Shown here piece after piece: positions 48,201 to 61,398 of a stretch of 64,000 nucleotides of DNA. The stretch spans positions 16,092,912-16,156,911 of the forward strand of contig NC_092675.1 of NCBI RefSeq assembly GCF_964355755.1, given 5' to 3'. A program made the position numbers and the translations under genes. Every line of letters starts with the position of its first letter. Positions within the stretch are counted from its first letter, which is position 1. This DNA comes from Antedon mediterranea. Its lineage: Eukaryota; Animalia; Echinodermata. Below the pieces are notes generated by a model. That model ran no database searches, was not told where the DNA came from, and saw nothing but the letters and a program-made list of their open reading frames with translations.

Positions 48201-51200
48201 TATTGTATCATGATATGAAACGAATTATTAGATTAGATTTTTAATTTCTATACACCAATTCAGCTATCAAGGTCAATGCTTGCAGGGAAAAATAATGCAC
48301 ATGGTGTAGCCTACCAGTTAGTTTTCTTCGCCCAAAGCACGATATGCACGATAAATTATAAATAGTTTATCTATCCTGTACCCTAATTGGCGAGTTGGTG
48401 CTCGCTGTTGGATGCGTATGAAAACAAAATTCAATGAAATCTTTTTTTAAACTTTTAAAACAAATAAGTGGGTAGACCACTCTCATGTACCAGACTATAA
48501 AGTACAGTAACTGCTCGATAACAACTATTTCAGCTTATGAAGCGACAAGGCTCTGCAACCAGGGAAGATGCAGATATGTGTCATGAGGCCAAATAGATTT
48601 TAATTATACAACTAGGCCTACATATTTTACTTTTCACCATGGTTTATTTTTTATATACTTATTTCCTTACATTTCACTTTCATTGTTTCCTCTTGTTTGT
48701 CAGGCCAAAGTAATAAATAAACAATCTGATTACTCAAACCAGGTGACATTCCGGGTGACATCCCCTTCTTGTAAAGACCTCCTATTAAGGCCATAAAAAC
48801 TAGATTTTATTATCAGTGAATGAAAGAATTGATCATTATAATGAATTGTTTTTACCAGTCTTGTAACACAGCGGACACTAAAGCTGTCATCGTTACTGGG
48901 TGGCGTTGATAATGAAACTTACATCACAGGAGCTAAAGCGTCTCGAGTCATCTATGGGTTAACGGACAATAAGGAATTTGACGAATCGGAAGGCAGGCAG
49001 GTAAGTACTGGTAATCTCTAAGTTTAGACAAAAACAATAAAGGTGTTTAGAAGTTGTACATGCCGGTATGAGCGCCTGAAGAAGTATCTTACAACATTCG
49101 CTCGTGTTCATACCACGTGCAATCAATAATCGTAATTCTCTGCTATTATTCCATTCCTTGACAAATCAGTTGAAAGATAATACTCTGGGTTTTATAACAT
49201 ATTAGAGGATCCCTTTTATTCTCCTATTGTCGCCGTTGTTGAGATTATCATAACTAAAGCTCTGTCTACACATATCAAACTAGTTTGACAAAAAAAAGTG
49301 TGATGTGCCTAAATATGGTAGTGATATGCCCAAATATGACATCATGTCCATATATGGGCAAATCACATTTTTTTATCACATAATGTTTGATAGTGCAGTA
49401 GACAAAGCTTAAGCACAAATTTAACATTAAAATGTTGATTATTATAGGTTGATAGAGATGCCGAGGATTGGGAAACGGAATTTATTGAAATTGGAACGTC
49501 TGACTACGAAGATATGAATGTCTACGTTCTTGCATATACGAGGTAAAATGATCCAGTAGACTGCAGCAATAAAATACTAATTTTAATGTTGTGAAGGTTT
49601 CAAGACTCTGTGAAGTTTCGCGATTGCAGTGTACGGTTTAAAGTCGGCCTTATAAAGCCAACGGCCCTGATCCATTGCATTTTTTTGTATATTTTATATC
49701 AAAAAACTTTATTGTATTAACATGACAATTTTTATTACAATTTAAAGTGTTTAATTTTTCTGATTGTACATTAACATATTTAACATATATATAATAACAT
49801 ATTACTATTTATATATTAGGTATTACAGTATTTATTATTAGTATCATAGAGCACCGTAACAATTACATTTTCTATTTAGTTTAGTTACTTTCATATTTAA
49901 AAACCACTAAAGTCTATTTTATTTTCTAGTTTTGATACTGAATCAGCAAACGCGATAAATGGCGATCTGATGATTCTTGTGTTTGGTTACGCACTTTTAC
50001 TCGTGTACATTATAATTATGTTGAGCAAGTTCACGTTAGTTGAGCATAGAGTAAGTATTCTATTTTATCTATTTCATCACTAAATAATGCAATGAACCAA
50101 AGAGGAAATATAAACTAAATCAAATAAACACACAATAAAGCAATCAAGTAAGCCTATAAACAAATTTTAAAAAGTATAATAATGTTTACGAGCAAAATAA
50201 AAATAGTAGGCCTACAAATCATGATTTTGATTCTCAATAATTATAGTTAAGTATGACAAGTCACTCTGTATCTAGATTTGCCAAGTATCATAGGAATATT
50301 TGGTAATACAACATCACATGTGTTTCACATGTATCTCTTAGCATCATAAGGGTTCAAGATAACAAATCGAATAAGATTGATACCACAACTGTCAAACTGG
50401 TGGTAAAGAATGGTTATAATGTTGACAATTATTGTGTAGATATGATATGATGAAGAATGGCTATAATGTTGACAGTTACTGTGGAAAAAGGTATGGTGAC
50501 GAATAGCTATAATGTTGACAGTTACTGTGGAAAATAGTATGGTTAAGAATGGCTATAATTTTGACAGTTACTGTTGAAAATAGTATGGTGACGAATGGCT
50601 ATAATGTTGACAGTTACTGTGGAGAAATAATATGGTGCACAATAGCTATAATGGTGACAATTAATGTGGAGAAATTATATCATGAAGAATGCTTTTTGAT
50701 GTACTTTTACTTTACCTTTACTGAATATGGATAGGTGTTTATGTTAAAATACAACATTTTACTACCTTTTTCAAATTATAGGTGTACATTGCGATATGCG
50801 GTGTTGCTACCGTCGGGTTTTCCATAGTTGTAGCAATTGGATTTTGTTCTATGATTGGTCTCATCTATACACCAGTCCACTCCGTCCTGCCATTTCTATT
50901 ACTCGGTAAGAATACATTCTATTGACAACAAATAACGAGATCTTATTATTTATTTCACAAATTAAAAACAAAAAATGTACATTAAAACAATTGCTTATAA
51001 ATGATAAACATTATAGGCTTGATGTATGCGTACTCCAAACATTTTTATTTGCTTACATCATATTTGTGAATAATATCTAGTATAATCTAATGTCTAACAA
51101 TAATATTGTATACAAAACGACATCCCTGACGACATAGACACATTTGACTCCCTAATTTTAAAAGAAGCGATAATATGAGTGAACTAATGGTTTTTATTTG

Positions 51201-54200
51201 TTGTTAGGTATTGGTGTTGATGACATGTTTGTAATAGTTCAGTCATGGGATAATCTGAGCAAAGACGAAAAGAAAATGTCAATTCCCGAACAATGTTCGC
51301 TAGCACTAAAACATGCAGTAAGTATAACGAATCAATTCATTTTATTGTTCCACAGAAAGTAAAACATCACAAGAAAAAAACCTTGTTACAATCATTGTTT
51401 ATGTGTAGAATGTCAAGTAAGCCAAAAGGGATGTATGGATGAGTTTCCAAAAGACATTACATACATAGTAAACTATATCTCTAAAAATCTTTAAATTTTC
51501 CTTTTGCAACATTTTAAATGATTAAACAGAAAACACTTTATGTACATTTGTTCTAAGCAGTCGAACAATATTATAATGAAACTGATCCATAACATAACCC
51601 TTGTAAATGTATAATAATGGAATAATATCGATCTATGTTATATGACGTGCATAACTATAAGCTTAATCCTTATAAGACGAACAGTCTTATAAGGAGTCTT
51701 ATTTCGCTAACACTGAAATAAATAATAATAATTAAATATGTATACTTTTGTTTGTCAACTTAATATTTTTTTAAATTATATTCAGGGCGTAGCAGTCACT
51801 GTTACATCTGTAACCGACATCAGTGCGTTCTTGATTGGAGCAACAACTATTCTACCAGCTTTGCGTTCCTTTTGCGTTTTCTGTGGCATCGGTATCATTT
51901 TCTTGTTTTTCTTCAGTATCATGTTCTTTACGCCGATGCTTTGTTTAGACATGCGACGCGTTAACAATAAACGTGACGCTTGTTGCTGCTGTTATCAACA
52001 TGGAGACGATTATAAACCGTCTGAATGTGGCCAGAAAAATAGATTTCAAATAGTCTTTGACGAAATTTACTCGCCTCTGCTAATAAAAACTCCAGTTAAG
52101 GTAATACATTAAGCTATATATATGTGTGTAAATATGATTAATTTCGAATTACACCAACGTTTAAAGGTTTTTTAAGGAAAGATATCGGCTCAACAAGACG
52201 CTTGCAAAAGTAGACGTCGATATCAATTATTCTAAACAAAATTATATTGTGTGATATCACCGTACAACATCAAAATACTAAAACATACCTTCACAAAACA
52301 ACATAAACCAACAAAAACTAAACATACCAATTGTTTTTTTTTTAATTCCAGATTGTGGTAGTGATTATTACTGCTGTTTTACTTGGATTTGGAATTTGGG
52401 GTTTTATAGATTTAGAACAGTTTTTCAATTTTAGGTGGTTTTTGCCTTCAGACAGTTACGCAACATATGTTCTAGAAGTTAATGACATTGTAAGTCTATC
52501 ATTAATATACCAGTAGTAATAATAACTATTATTGGATATTCTAATAACATAGGTCTATTAAAAACAAACAATTGAATACTGTATATGCCTGATACACCTC
52601 CACACACATTACGAGTGGATTATTTCTGTTTGCGCGATGTTACAAAGGTTTTTTTCATCGAGTACTATTTAAAATGGCTGATTCAAAAAGTATATCTTAA
52701 TTTCATTTTTTAAAGATGTATTGTCCCTTGAAACACAAAAAAAGTCGAACATTTGAGCCAAAAAGAACAAGTTTATGTAATTAACAGGTAAATTAGTTTG
52801 AATACATTTCGTCTGGAAAATCGTCGCGAGCGAAATTAAACAAAGATTTCAAACCACGAGTATGCATTATGCATGATGCTAATTAGGATTGTTTACAACT
52901 TTTCACGTTTAAGAAGGTGTTTTCACACAGATCGCGAGGAAGTTTTATGATTATGCATACAGAGTAGCCAAACAGGCGCGTTGCATTATGAGATATGTTT
53001 TGATCGAAAACTTTGACTGGAAGTCAAAGTTATTTTTTGAACAAATAAAAGACTGTATTTCAGTTAAATGATATTTTTTTCGACTAATTTTTGGTGAAAG
53101 TTAATAACTATTATGATACTTCAAAATGACCCACTTTTTTTTCGAAATCTTTTTTTTCATAATTTTTTGGGAATTAGTCAGAGGGACAATACATCTTTAA
53201 GCTTAAAGCCTATCTTCTACTAGGCGAAATTATTCGCGCTAATCGAAAGCGCCAGCTTATACGCATGCGTTTTCATGTTTCAATCTTCCAAATCCCTTTG
53301 GCTGAATTGCTTTCGATTCGCGCGAACATATTCGCCAAGTGGAAAATCGACTTTATACCCAGCTCTGTTAATTTCAAAGGATATTTGTCTTCTTCCTTTA
53401 ATAGTATTATCCAGAAAACGGTGTTCCATCAGCAATATATCTAAATAACGTAGACCTTTTCAGTGAAAGATCTGCAGTCAACACTTTGTATAACGATGCT
53501 ATCAACAATAAATTTATTGATTCCAATTCTTTTTCGAATTGGTACGAAGAGTTCGAACAGTGGATTCAAACAAATAAGTGGAATGAACAAGAATACAATA
53601 ACGAAACTATGTGGCCTGACACACATGAAGCATTTGTGTTATGGGTGAATGAATTCCTGCTTGACCCCACCGGTGGTGATACGTTTAAAGCTGATGTCAT
53701 TTTTGACAATAGCACGTCTCTTGAAATTATTGTAAGTGTACTGTGATATAAAGATATACTTTTATATTTAAGAAATTGACCTTTGTATCGGAATTCAGAT
53801 AGGTTCACAAACTTGACCCAGAAAGTCCAAAGGAGAGTTTGTCCAGATGTTTTAATGACCATTTAGTTTATAATAGAGTCCCTAAAGAAAACACTTAGCT
53901 TAATTTTGTGACTTTCCCATCGTTAAAACCAGGAGTGATTGACACTATTTAAGTACAGATTTGACAGTGTCATCCATCACAGAAATACCTTATGACACCG
54001 TTAATCATTCCCACTTAAACACCCCTGGATCAACTTAGGACCAATCGTTACCCTCACAGATGATGTAATGACATTATGCAATTGAACTGAGCCAATATAC
54101 TCCCAAGTTTCAGAAGGGCCCAGACACACCTTACAGCCACCTCACGGAGCACACACCTTACAGCCACCTCACGGAGCACACACCTCACAGCAGACCTACA

Positions 54201-57200
54201 CACTTCACACCTCACCGACAGCATCATTGATTGTCCGTTCCTTATCTATACTTATAGTTGTATATTGTACTGAAGTATTATACTGAATAAATAATATATG
54301 TGTTACGACAGTCAAGCGAGTTAGAGTCTTTCATTAGTACCTCAACAACCCAACATTATATTACATGGTGGAAGACCCGGGCAATAATTAATATAATAAT
54401 TAACGAGAGTCGACTTCTTGACCGATGTTTTTTAGGGAAACCCAACCGTTGTGATGTTTATATTTCGGTAATCCGAGTGTAGCATGCCTCCAAAGCAACG
54501 GACCCACAATTATGTCGATCTTGAAGAACACTTTTGTTTTTTATACATTTTTTGTTTCAAATTTTATATAAATTCCGGAATTTTTATACCAAATTCATTT
54601 TTAATTTCATTTTTTTTAAGAGAGAGAAGAGAGAGAGTGAAAGTGATAAGGTTACACTTCAGAGTCAATGGTTTTGGCTAACTCAATTTTTGCATATATG
54701 TATAATAATGTTTTTTTCTTTTATATAACTTTAATTTTGCATGCCACTATTATAACCATTTTTATATGTTAAATAGATAAAAAAAAAAAAAGGGAAACAG
54801 AGGGATGTGATATAAAGATATACTTTTATATTTAAGAAATTGACCTTTGTATCGGAATTCAGATAGGTTCACAAACTTGACCCAGAAAGTCCAAAGGAGA
54901 GTTTGTCCAGATGTTTTAATGACCATTTAGTTTATAATAGAGTCCCTAAAGAAAACACTTAGCTTAATTTTGTGACTTTCCCATCGTTAAAACCAGGAGT
55001 GATTGACACTATTTAAGTACAAATTTGACAGTGTCATCCATCACAGAAATACCTTATGACACCGTTAATCATTCCCACTTAAACACCCCTGGATCAACTT
55101 AGGACCAATCGTTACCCTCACAGATGATGTAATGACATTATGCAATTGAACTGAGCCAATATACTCCCAAGTTTCAGAAAGGCCCAGACACACCTTACAG
55201 CCACCTCACGGAGCACACACCTTACAGCCACCTCACGGAGCACACACCTCACAGCAGACCTACACACTTCACACCTCACCGACAGCATCATTGATTGTCC
55301 GTTCCTTATCTATACTTATAGTTGTATATTGTACTGAAGTATTATACTGAATAAATAATATATGTGTTACGACAGTCAAGCGAGTTAGAGTCTTTCATTA
55401 GTACCTCAACAACCCAACATTATATTACAGTACTATAAGTTAGTATAGGCCTAGAGTTAAGATGGAGAACTCAAGATATCAAGATGTTTTGTTACAGTTT
55501 ATTGCCTTTTTAGTTAGTGTAAGCATGTCAATAGATGGAGAACGTAGACAATAATAAGCTAGGCTTATATACTAGGTGTAAAGTCATTCTAAATATTCAT
55601 GACGAATCATTAGTACACAATTTTTATTACAAGAAAAATCCGTAATCAAAGTAAGAAGATTAACTAATTATTTCTTTATAGTCCTCCCGTATCTCGTTTG
55701 CGCACATCGTTTTAAAAGGATCGACAGAAGAAGTTGATGCAATGGACTCAATTCAAGAATTTACTGCCAACTTCGAATTTGAAGGGGATGGGTATGCATT
55801 TGCTTTCTCGGAGAATTACATACAATATGAGTCAAACAAGGTAGGCATATACTCCTAAATTATATTTCAATGTGTTGCTAACCAGTGCTTTTATCTAACC
55901 TCTTCACCATCCTCAATGTGGTCAGATGAAAAAATCTCAAATGTTTTGTCGATGAATACAATTCTAGCCACTGTTAAAATAAATAACAAATGAACACAGC
56001 AATTATATATACAAAAGATTATCATACATGTTTCAATTATCTTTTTTGATTTATAATGTAGGTTATTCAAGAAGAATTGTTTCGTAATCTAGGTCTGGCT
56101 TGTGTTTGTGTCTTTTTAATTATTCTTTTACTACTTGCAAACCTAAAAGCATGTCTTCTCGTATTTCTTGCAGTTATGCTTACTCTGGTGAGTAAAGTAC
56201 ATTATGTATGGCGATATAATAGTGATAATAAGAAATATTGTAACTAGAGGGGCACCTCGCTTCGATCGGTCACCCTCTTGTAATCCTGTTGACGATGTCT
56301 CTCGAAATGAATCGGTTAATGACGATGATATTTATAATGATGATTTTGACTATAAAGAAGATGATGATGCAATGTTGAGTGACTAGCAATGACAGTTAAG
56401 CTCTGTCCACACTATACAAATGTGACAAAAGAATGTGATGTGCCCATATATGGACATGATTATCTTGGGCATATCACTACCATATTTGGGTACATCACAG
56501 CGGTTTATAGTGATATAATTATGTTAATTAATATTATAAAGGTTTTTACTGAGGTAGATGAAACTGATACAGATATTTATCGTACATATAGGTTGATCTA
56601 GCTGGATTCGTCCATCATTGGGGCTTGACAATTGATGTAGTAGTGACCATTCAGTTGATTCTGTCCATTGGGATCGCCGTTGATTATGCTGCTCATATTG
56701 GACATATGTTTATGACGGTGACCGGAACAAGAAATGGTAAGTTTCATCAGTAAATTGTGTATTTTATTTTGAAATATTGTTTAACGTTTACCTGTTATAT
56801 TATTAACCACATTGTGTGCATTTTAACAGATCGTGTACTAAAAACATTACAAAATATTGGATCAGCAGTGTTTAACGGTGGTTTTAGTACTTTTCTTGCG
56901 TTTGCTCTGTTATCACTTTCCACGTCTTACGTGTTCAGGACATTTTTCAAGGTAAGCCATCATCATTTATTTACTGAAATACATTTCAGACCTCCCAACT
57001 TAGAAAAATGAAATATCTGAAGGTTTTATGAAACAATAGAGGTCGCTATAATACTACATCAACCCATAGAGGGCGCTATGAAAAACCTAAAAATATAATG
57101 CATCTATAATGCGTGCCGAAGGCGAAAAATGCGTTGGCAACTCGTTATTTCACTTTTAAACAACGCATACATTGATTATAAGCATTAAACGGGCCGATAT

Positions 57201-57720
57201 TAGTATGTTTTATATTCTCTTATCAATGTCTATAGAGAATTTATGCCTATCCAAAATATCGAGAGAAATTGTATTTTTGGTTTTTTTTTAGATGTTTTAA
57301 AATATCGAGAGAGTTGGACATTTTTTAAATTTAATTTCTGTCAATGATGTAGAAGATAAATTATGGATTATATAATGTTTCAACATGTGTCAACATATTT
57401 AATATTCATTCTGTTTCTTCTATTTTAAGATATTTCTCCTAGTTGTTATTTTCGGCTTGTTTCATGGTCTCGTGCTATTACCAGTTTTACTTAGTTGGTT
57501 CGGTCCTGAACCGTACCCATCTGCAGGCGAGTCACCAGATAGCGTCGGCGTGGAAAACAACGTCACAGAAACCAGGACAAGGAGTGTTGGTGTAAACAGT
57601 AGTGGCTTAAATGGCAATAATGACAGTAGTATTATTATCGAAGCTAATAATCTTGCAGACAAAGCTCAATTTGATAATCCAGCGTATGAGGGTGTAGAAA
57701 GCAACACACAAAACGTTTAA
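43888..57720 (+). CDS. Patched-domain-containing (PTCHD3/Ptr-like, NPC1-related) protein, paralogue B, about 909 aa
   Basis: 17 exons in one open frame (2730 nt): 43888-43967, 45310-45553, 47169-47236, 47612-47734, 48859-49000, 49448-49542, 49930-50050, 50782-50905, 51208-51317, 51786-52100, 52352-52489, 53405-53731, 55682-55840, 56062-56187, 56592-56736, 56830-56951, 57430-57720. Motifs GIGVDDMF and IGIAVDYAAHI; exon sizes match paralogue A. Confidence 0.93.
45049..45262. repeat. (ACTT)n tetranucleotide microsatellite, about 210 bp
   Basis: Seen directly, with occasional variant units. Confidence 0.97.
49258..49409. mobile_element. PIF/Harbinger-like MITE, family 2
   Basis: Termini AGCTCTGTCTAC / GTAGACAAAGCT with TAA on both flanks. 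Confidence 0.75.
50405..50690. repeat. 46-bp minisatellite, about 6 copies
   Basis: CTATAAT recurs at 50461, 50507, 50553 and 50599; unit approx. GAATGGCTATAATGTTGACAGTTACTGTGGAAAATAGTATGGTGAC. Confidence 0.9.
52714..53196. mobile_element. Kolobok-like non-autonomous element
   Basis: Perfect 15-bp TIR AGATGTATTGTCCCT; TTAA at 52710-52713 and 53197-53200; purine-purine termini. Confidence 0.85.
53207..53352. mobile_element. Harbinger-like MITE, family 3
   Basis: Inverted arms GGCGAAATTATTCGCGCTAATCGAAAGC / GCTTTCGATTCGCGCGAACATATTCGCC; TAA/TTA flanks. Related partial copy near 35610-35725. Confidence 0.65.
53742..55429 (+). mobile_element. Non-autonomous LTR retrotransposon (TRIM/LARD-like, probably Gypsy-derived)
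   Basis: LTRs 53742-54365 and 54806-55429 (624 bp, TG...CA, two differences seen). PBS TGGTGGAAGACCCGGGCA at 54366, polypurine tract ending 54805, TSD GTAC (53738-53741, 55430-55433), 440-bp internal region. Confidence 0.95.
56399..56512. mobile_element. PIF/Harbinger-like MITE, family 2 (degenerate)
   Basis: AGCTCTGTCCACACTAT...GTGATGTGCCCATATATGGACATGAT core shared with 49258-49409. Confidence 0.6.
56987..57320. mobile_element. Possible hAT-like MITE remnant
   Basis: Starts CAGACCTCCCAACT with an eroded mirror AGTTGG near 57312; internal repeats AAAATATCGAGAGA; no TSD seen. Confidence 0.4.
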
Positions 57721-58494
57721 AAATGCTTTAATAGTGAAAAGAGGTATTTCCTATGGCCAACGTATATTAAAACTCCAAAATATCTGGATTGTGAAAAAAA
57801 AAACAATTCTAAAAATTGATCTGTCGTAATCATTGAGATCTGACGTCATGTGAGATGCGAAATCAATAGTAAAATCGGACAACGTCATCAGACATGTACC
57901 ATATATGTTTCTACATGTTAACTGTATATAATAATTTAAGCTTTACTGGATAAATATCTCATTATAAAAAGTTGATGTTCTCACTACAAACACGTCGTAT
58001 TCTATTTATTGCGTTCTTTTTTTGTGTATCTGCCTACTATGAGATTAAAAGTGTAAGCACATAATATAGTACTGTGTTAAAGGAAGTACAGTATTGCAAA
58101 ACGGCAGGACCCACCACTTTTTCACAATAGGCTTATATTATTTTGTATATTGAATGATTACACTTATTTAATTTTCGTTATTAATTGTTTCTAATTTGTT
58201 TTTTTATTGTATTCAAGTTTATTATTAAGTTTAAGTTCTTTTTTTTTGAATGATTACACTTAAATCATTTTCTTTAAATTAAATTTATTATTGTATTTAT
58301 GGGGCGCCATGTTGATTATTTTAAGCTATTTCTTTTTATTGAATGATTTTCCAACTTTTGTATTGTATTTAAGCCGGGCCAAGTTCATTATTTTATATCT
58401 ATTTTTTATTACTAATTTTTAAATAAGATCAATAAAATAAAAACATTGTACAAAACATTACTACATACAAGTGTGTGTTTTTATTGCTTTGCAT

Positions 58495-58625
58495 AGCAGT
58501 CGGGTGCGACTACTCTACACCTCACTATGTCGGTCGGTCGGTCGGTCGGTCGGTCAGTCGGTCGGTAAACACTAATTCAAATTTGAGCACGCGACTGCAG
58601 TCATGTATAGGCCTATGACTTTGTT
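58495..58625 (+). mobile_element. Helentron-associated (HINE/DINE-1-like) element copy
   Basis: AGTCGGGTGCGACT 5' hairpin, (GTCG)n array of about 9 units, GCACGCGACT 3' subTIR, modified hairpin GTCATGTATAGGCCTATGAC. Confidence 0.75.
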
Positions 58626-59242
58626 ATAGTGGAGTGTAGTGCCATGAAGAAAAGAACAAAAGGGCAGTGAACACACACTAACCTTAGTCGAATCATTATA
58701 ATATTGTTTGTTGGTAATTCAGAATGTTCTAGCTTCAGTGTTTTACTTGATGTTTATTAGACTTATGGTACAGGCTAAAATTATTCTATGTATTACTAGC
58801 TTAAATAATGTTTACCAGCTTGAGTTTAGACAAGATGTATTTACCTTCCTCATGTATGAATTTAAATATGTAATAATTGTAACAATTCTGAAATGTGTAT
58901 TATTTGGACAGTGGTAATGACAACAGGAGAGTATCCGGATTTGTTCATCTTAATAAATAAATGTCTTTTGAATTAATGATGATGTGGGTTACACTGCTTT
59001 TATGTAAGAACGTAATGCTAGATTTGCTATATACGTGTACACATAATAATATTAGCTCATTTTGAAATATTCTTATTTTCCATTTTTGGAAATAAGCAAA
59101 TTTGGACCCCTTAATTTTTGGACAAGAAGACACCATAAGATGATCATAACGCTATAAAATGTGCACACAACGCTATATACGTGAACATATAGTAATATTA
59201 GCTCATTTTGAAATGTTCATATTTTTCCAATTTTTTGGAAAA

Positions 59243-59538
59243 GTAGTAAGGTCAACGGCTGGCATTTTCGAATCAAGTGCATGTAACCAGTCAGTGGTTG
59301 CTGACACCAAGGCTGTGGTACAGGATCGACCAGGAAGAAAACCGTGTCGGTGACTCGCCAACAGGCTGTTAAATTGGCAGTGGTTAAGAATTTGTTGGAA
59401 AACAAGTTTTTCCAACATCTTACACATCACCGACATAAGAGACACTGGACGATACTTAAGCAAATTACTTCTGTCAACCTTTTTGAATATAGGAACAACA
59501 TTAGCACGCTTCCACATAATAGGAATTTTAACACACAT
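59243..59538 (-). mobile_element. CR1-group LINE RT fragment
   Basis: WKRANVVPIFKK...YRPVSLMSVMCKMLEK...HGFLPGRSCTTAL. Confidence 0.85.
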
Positions 59539-59539
59539 T

Positions 59540-61398
59540 TAAGTTGTAATCCGAAACGTTTTTGGTCTTGGATAAAATCCTCAAGATAAAATAATAATAA
59601 CATCCCTTCGGAACTACATTTTAATAATCAGTCAGCTTACACTGTAAAAGACAAAGCAAACTTACTTAATCAATTTTTTTATTCTGTTTTTAGTTCTGTT
59701 AAAAACGATTTGGATATTCCTAATCTTCCTGAATATCCCATTGATTGCTTATCTAAACTTGAGTTTAATCAGGAGGTTATAGAAAAGCACATTAATGAAA
59801 TTGATTCTCATAAGGCTTCAGGTAATGATGGTCTAAGTAATATTGTTTTTACTTTAGCTGCCAAACCTCTTGCTTTCCCTTGTAAAATTTTATTTGAAAG
59901 ATGCATTTCTGAGAAACGTTTTCCGATAAAATGGAAGCAAGCTAACGTGTATCTTTAAAGCTGGTTCTAAATCTGATGTACGCAATTATAGACCGTTTTC
60001 ATTATTGCCAACTATTTCTAAAGTATTTGAAAAAAATTGTTCACGACCAAATTTTTAAACATATATCACCAGTTATTAGTGACCATCAACACGGATTTTA
60101 CCCAGGAAGGTCTTGTGAAACAAATTTGTCTGTTCTGTTGTCACATGCGTATGACGCAATAAATGCAAAAGGGCAATGCGAAGTTGTATATAAAGACATG
60201 GCTAAAGCCTTTGACAGGGTCTCCCATAAGTTGCTCTTGTTCAAACTTCAACAATTTGGTCTAAATCACGATTTAATTTTATTTTTTACAAGTTATTTAT
60301 CGGACAGGTTTCAGAGAGTCACTTTTGATGGTAACGCGTCTGAATGGCTTCCAGTTTTATCTGGCGTGCCTCAGGGGTCTATTTTGGGGCCTCTTTTTTT
60401 CATTATGTTTATCAACGATTTTTCCTTTGTTCCTCGTCATTCTAATGTTCTTATGTTTGCTGACGATATTAAATTATTTAAGTCTATACAAACCTTAAAT
60501 GATATGTTGTTGTTACAAGAAGACGTTGACAGACTCGTTCACTGGTGCGACACTTGGAATATGTCAGTCAATGCCTCTAAATGCAAATCAATGTCTTTTA
60601 CTCTTAAGAAAAAACCCATCTATTTTGACTTTTATATTAAGAATATTATACTTGAAAGAGTCTCTGTTCACAAAGACCTTGGTATTTTTTTAGATAGTTC
60701 ATTAACCTTCTGTAAACATATTGATTTTATAGTCTCTAAATGCAATAGACTTTTGGGTTTTCTTTGGAGACATTGCAGACATATTAACGATAAAAAGGCT
60801 TTAGTTATTTTATACAAATCTTTAGTTAGGTCGAATCTTGAATTCTGCAGTGTTATTTTTAACTCTATTTCTCTTGCCCAGTCTTCTAGATTACAAAGTG
60901 TACAGAACAAGTTTTGTCGATTTTATGTGCGTAAATTTGGTTCTATTAGCAAAGACGTTCTTATTAATTTAGCGGATAGGCGTAAGTTATTTGATTTAAT
61001 TTTTCTTTTTAAGGCTGTGAACTCAATTTTTCATGGTAATTTTGAAGTTTACTTTCCTATTTCTGTTCCACAATATCAATTCCGTAATCCTGCTTTATTT
61101 TCTATATCAAGAGGGAGGGTAAATATTACTAAAAATGGTTTTGTTAATCGTTTGCCTAAGTTATACCACTCACTATGTAAATTTGATGGATCTGTTGATA
61201 TTTTTTTTTATTCTCTTGCTTGTTTCCGTCACAAGGTTTTGTCTAATGTCAGATATTTAAATGTTGTCTTGTTATCTGTTGATTTTTGCTTCTATATAAT
61301 ATGTTATATTTTACGACTTTCAACCCTGTTAATGGTGACATTTGGTCACTCTAGGGTGATGATGAAATAAAATAAAAAAATAAATAAATAAAAAAAAC
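59540..61398 (+). mobile_element. 5'-truncated CR1/Jockey-group LINE with frameshifted ORF2
   Basis: ORFs 59710-59958 and 59976-61370 (QHGFYPGRSC, DMAKAFD, GVPQGSILGPLFF, FADD, DLGI). A-rich tail at 61365-61398. Confidence 0.9.

Noticed and set aside
50405-50690. CRISPR-like regular array
   Set aside because: Units are contiguous 46-bp repeats with no unique spacers, inside a eukaryotic intron, with no cas genes; it is a minisatellite.
53742-55429. 624-bp direct repeat as an assembly artefact or plain tandem duplication
   Set aside because: TG...CA ends, PBS, PPT and a 4-bp TSD identify it as an LTR pair.
39138-57662. Minus-strand ORFs at 39138-39422, 51782-51967, 53566-53862 and 57462-57662
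   Set aside because: Antisense shadows of the Patched-like coding exons.
24274-57720. Calling the tandem genes NPC1 or PTCH1 proper
   Set aside because: No NPC1 N-terminal domain, about 900 aa only, and no long Patched tail; orthology needs a phylogeny, so no symbol is given.
59243-61398. Twin-priming 5' inversion of a single LINE
   Set aside because: Both pieces encode the same RT region with clearly different sequences, so they come from different families.
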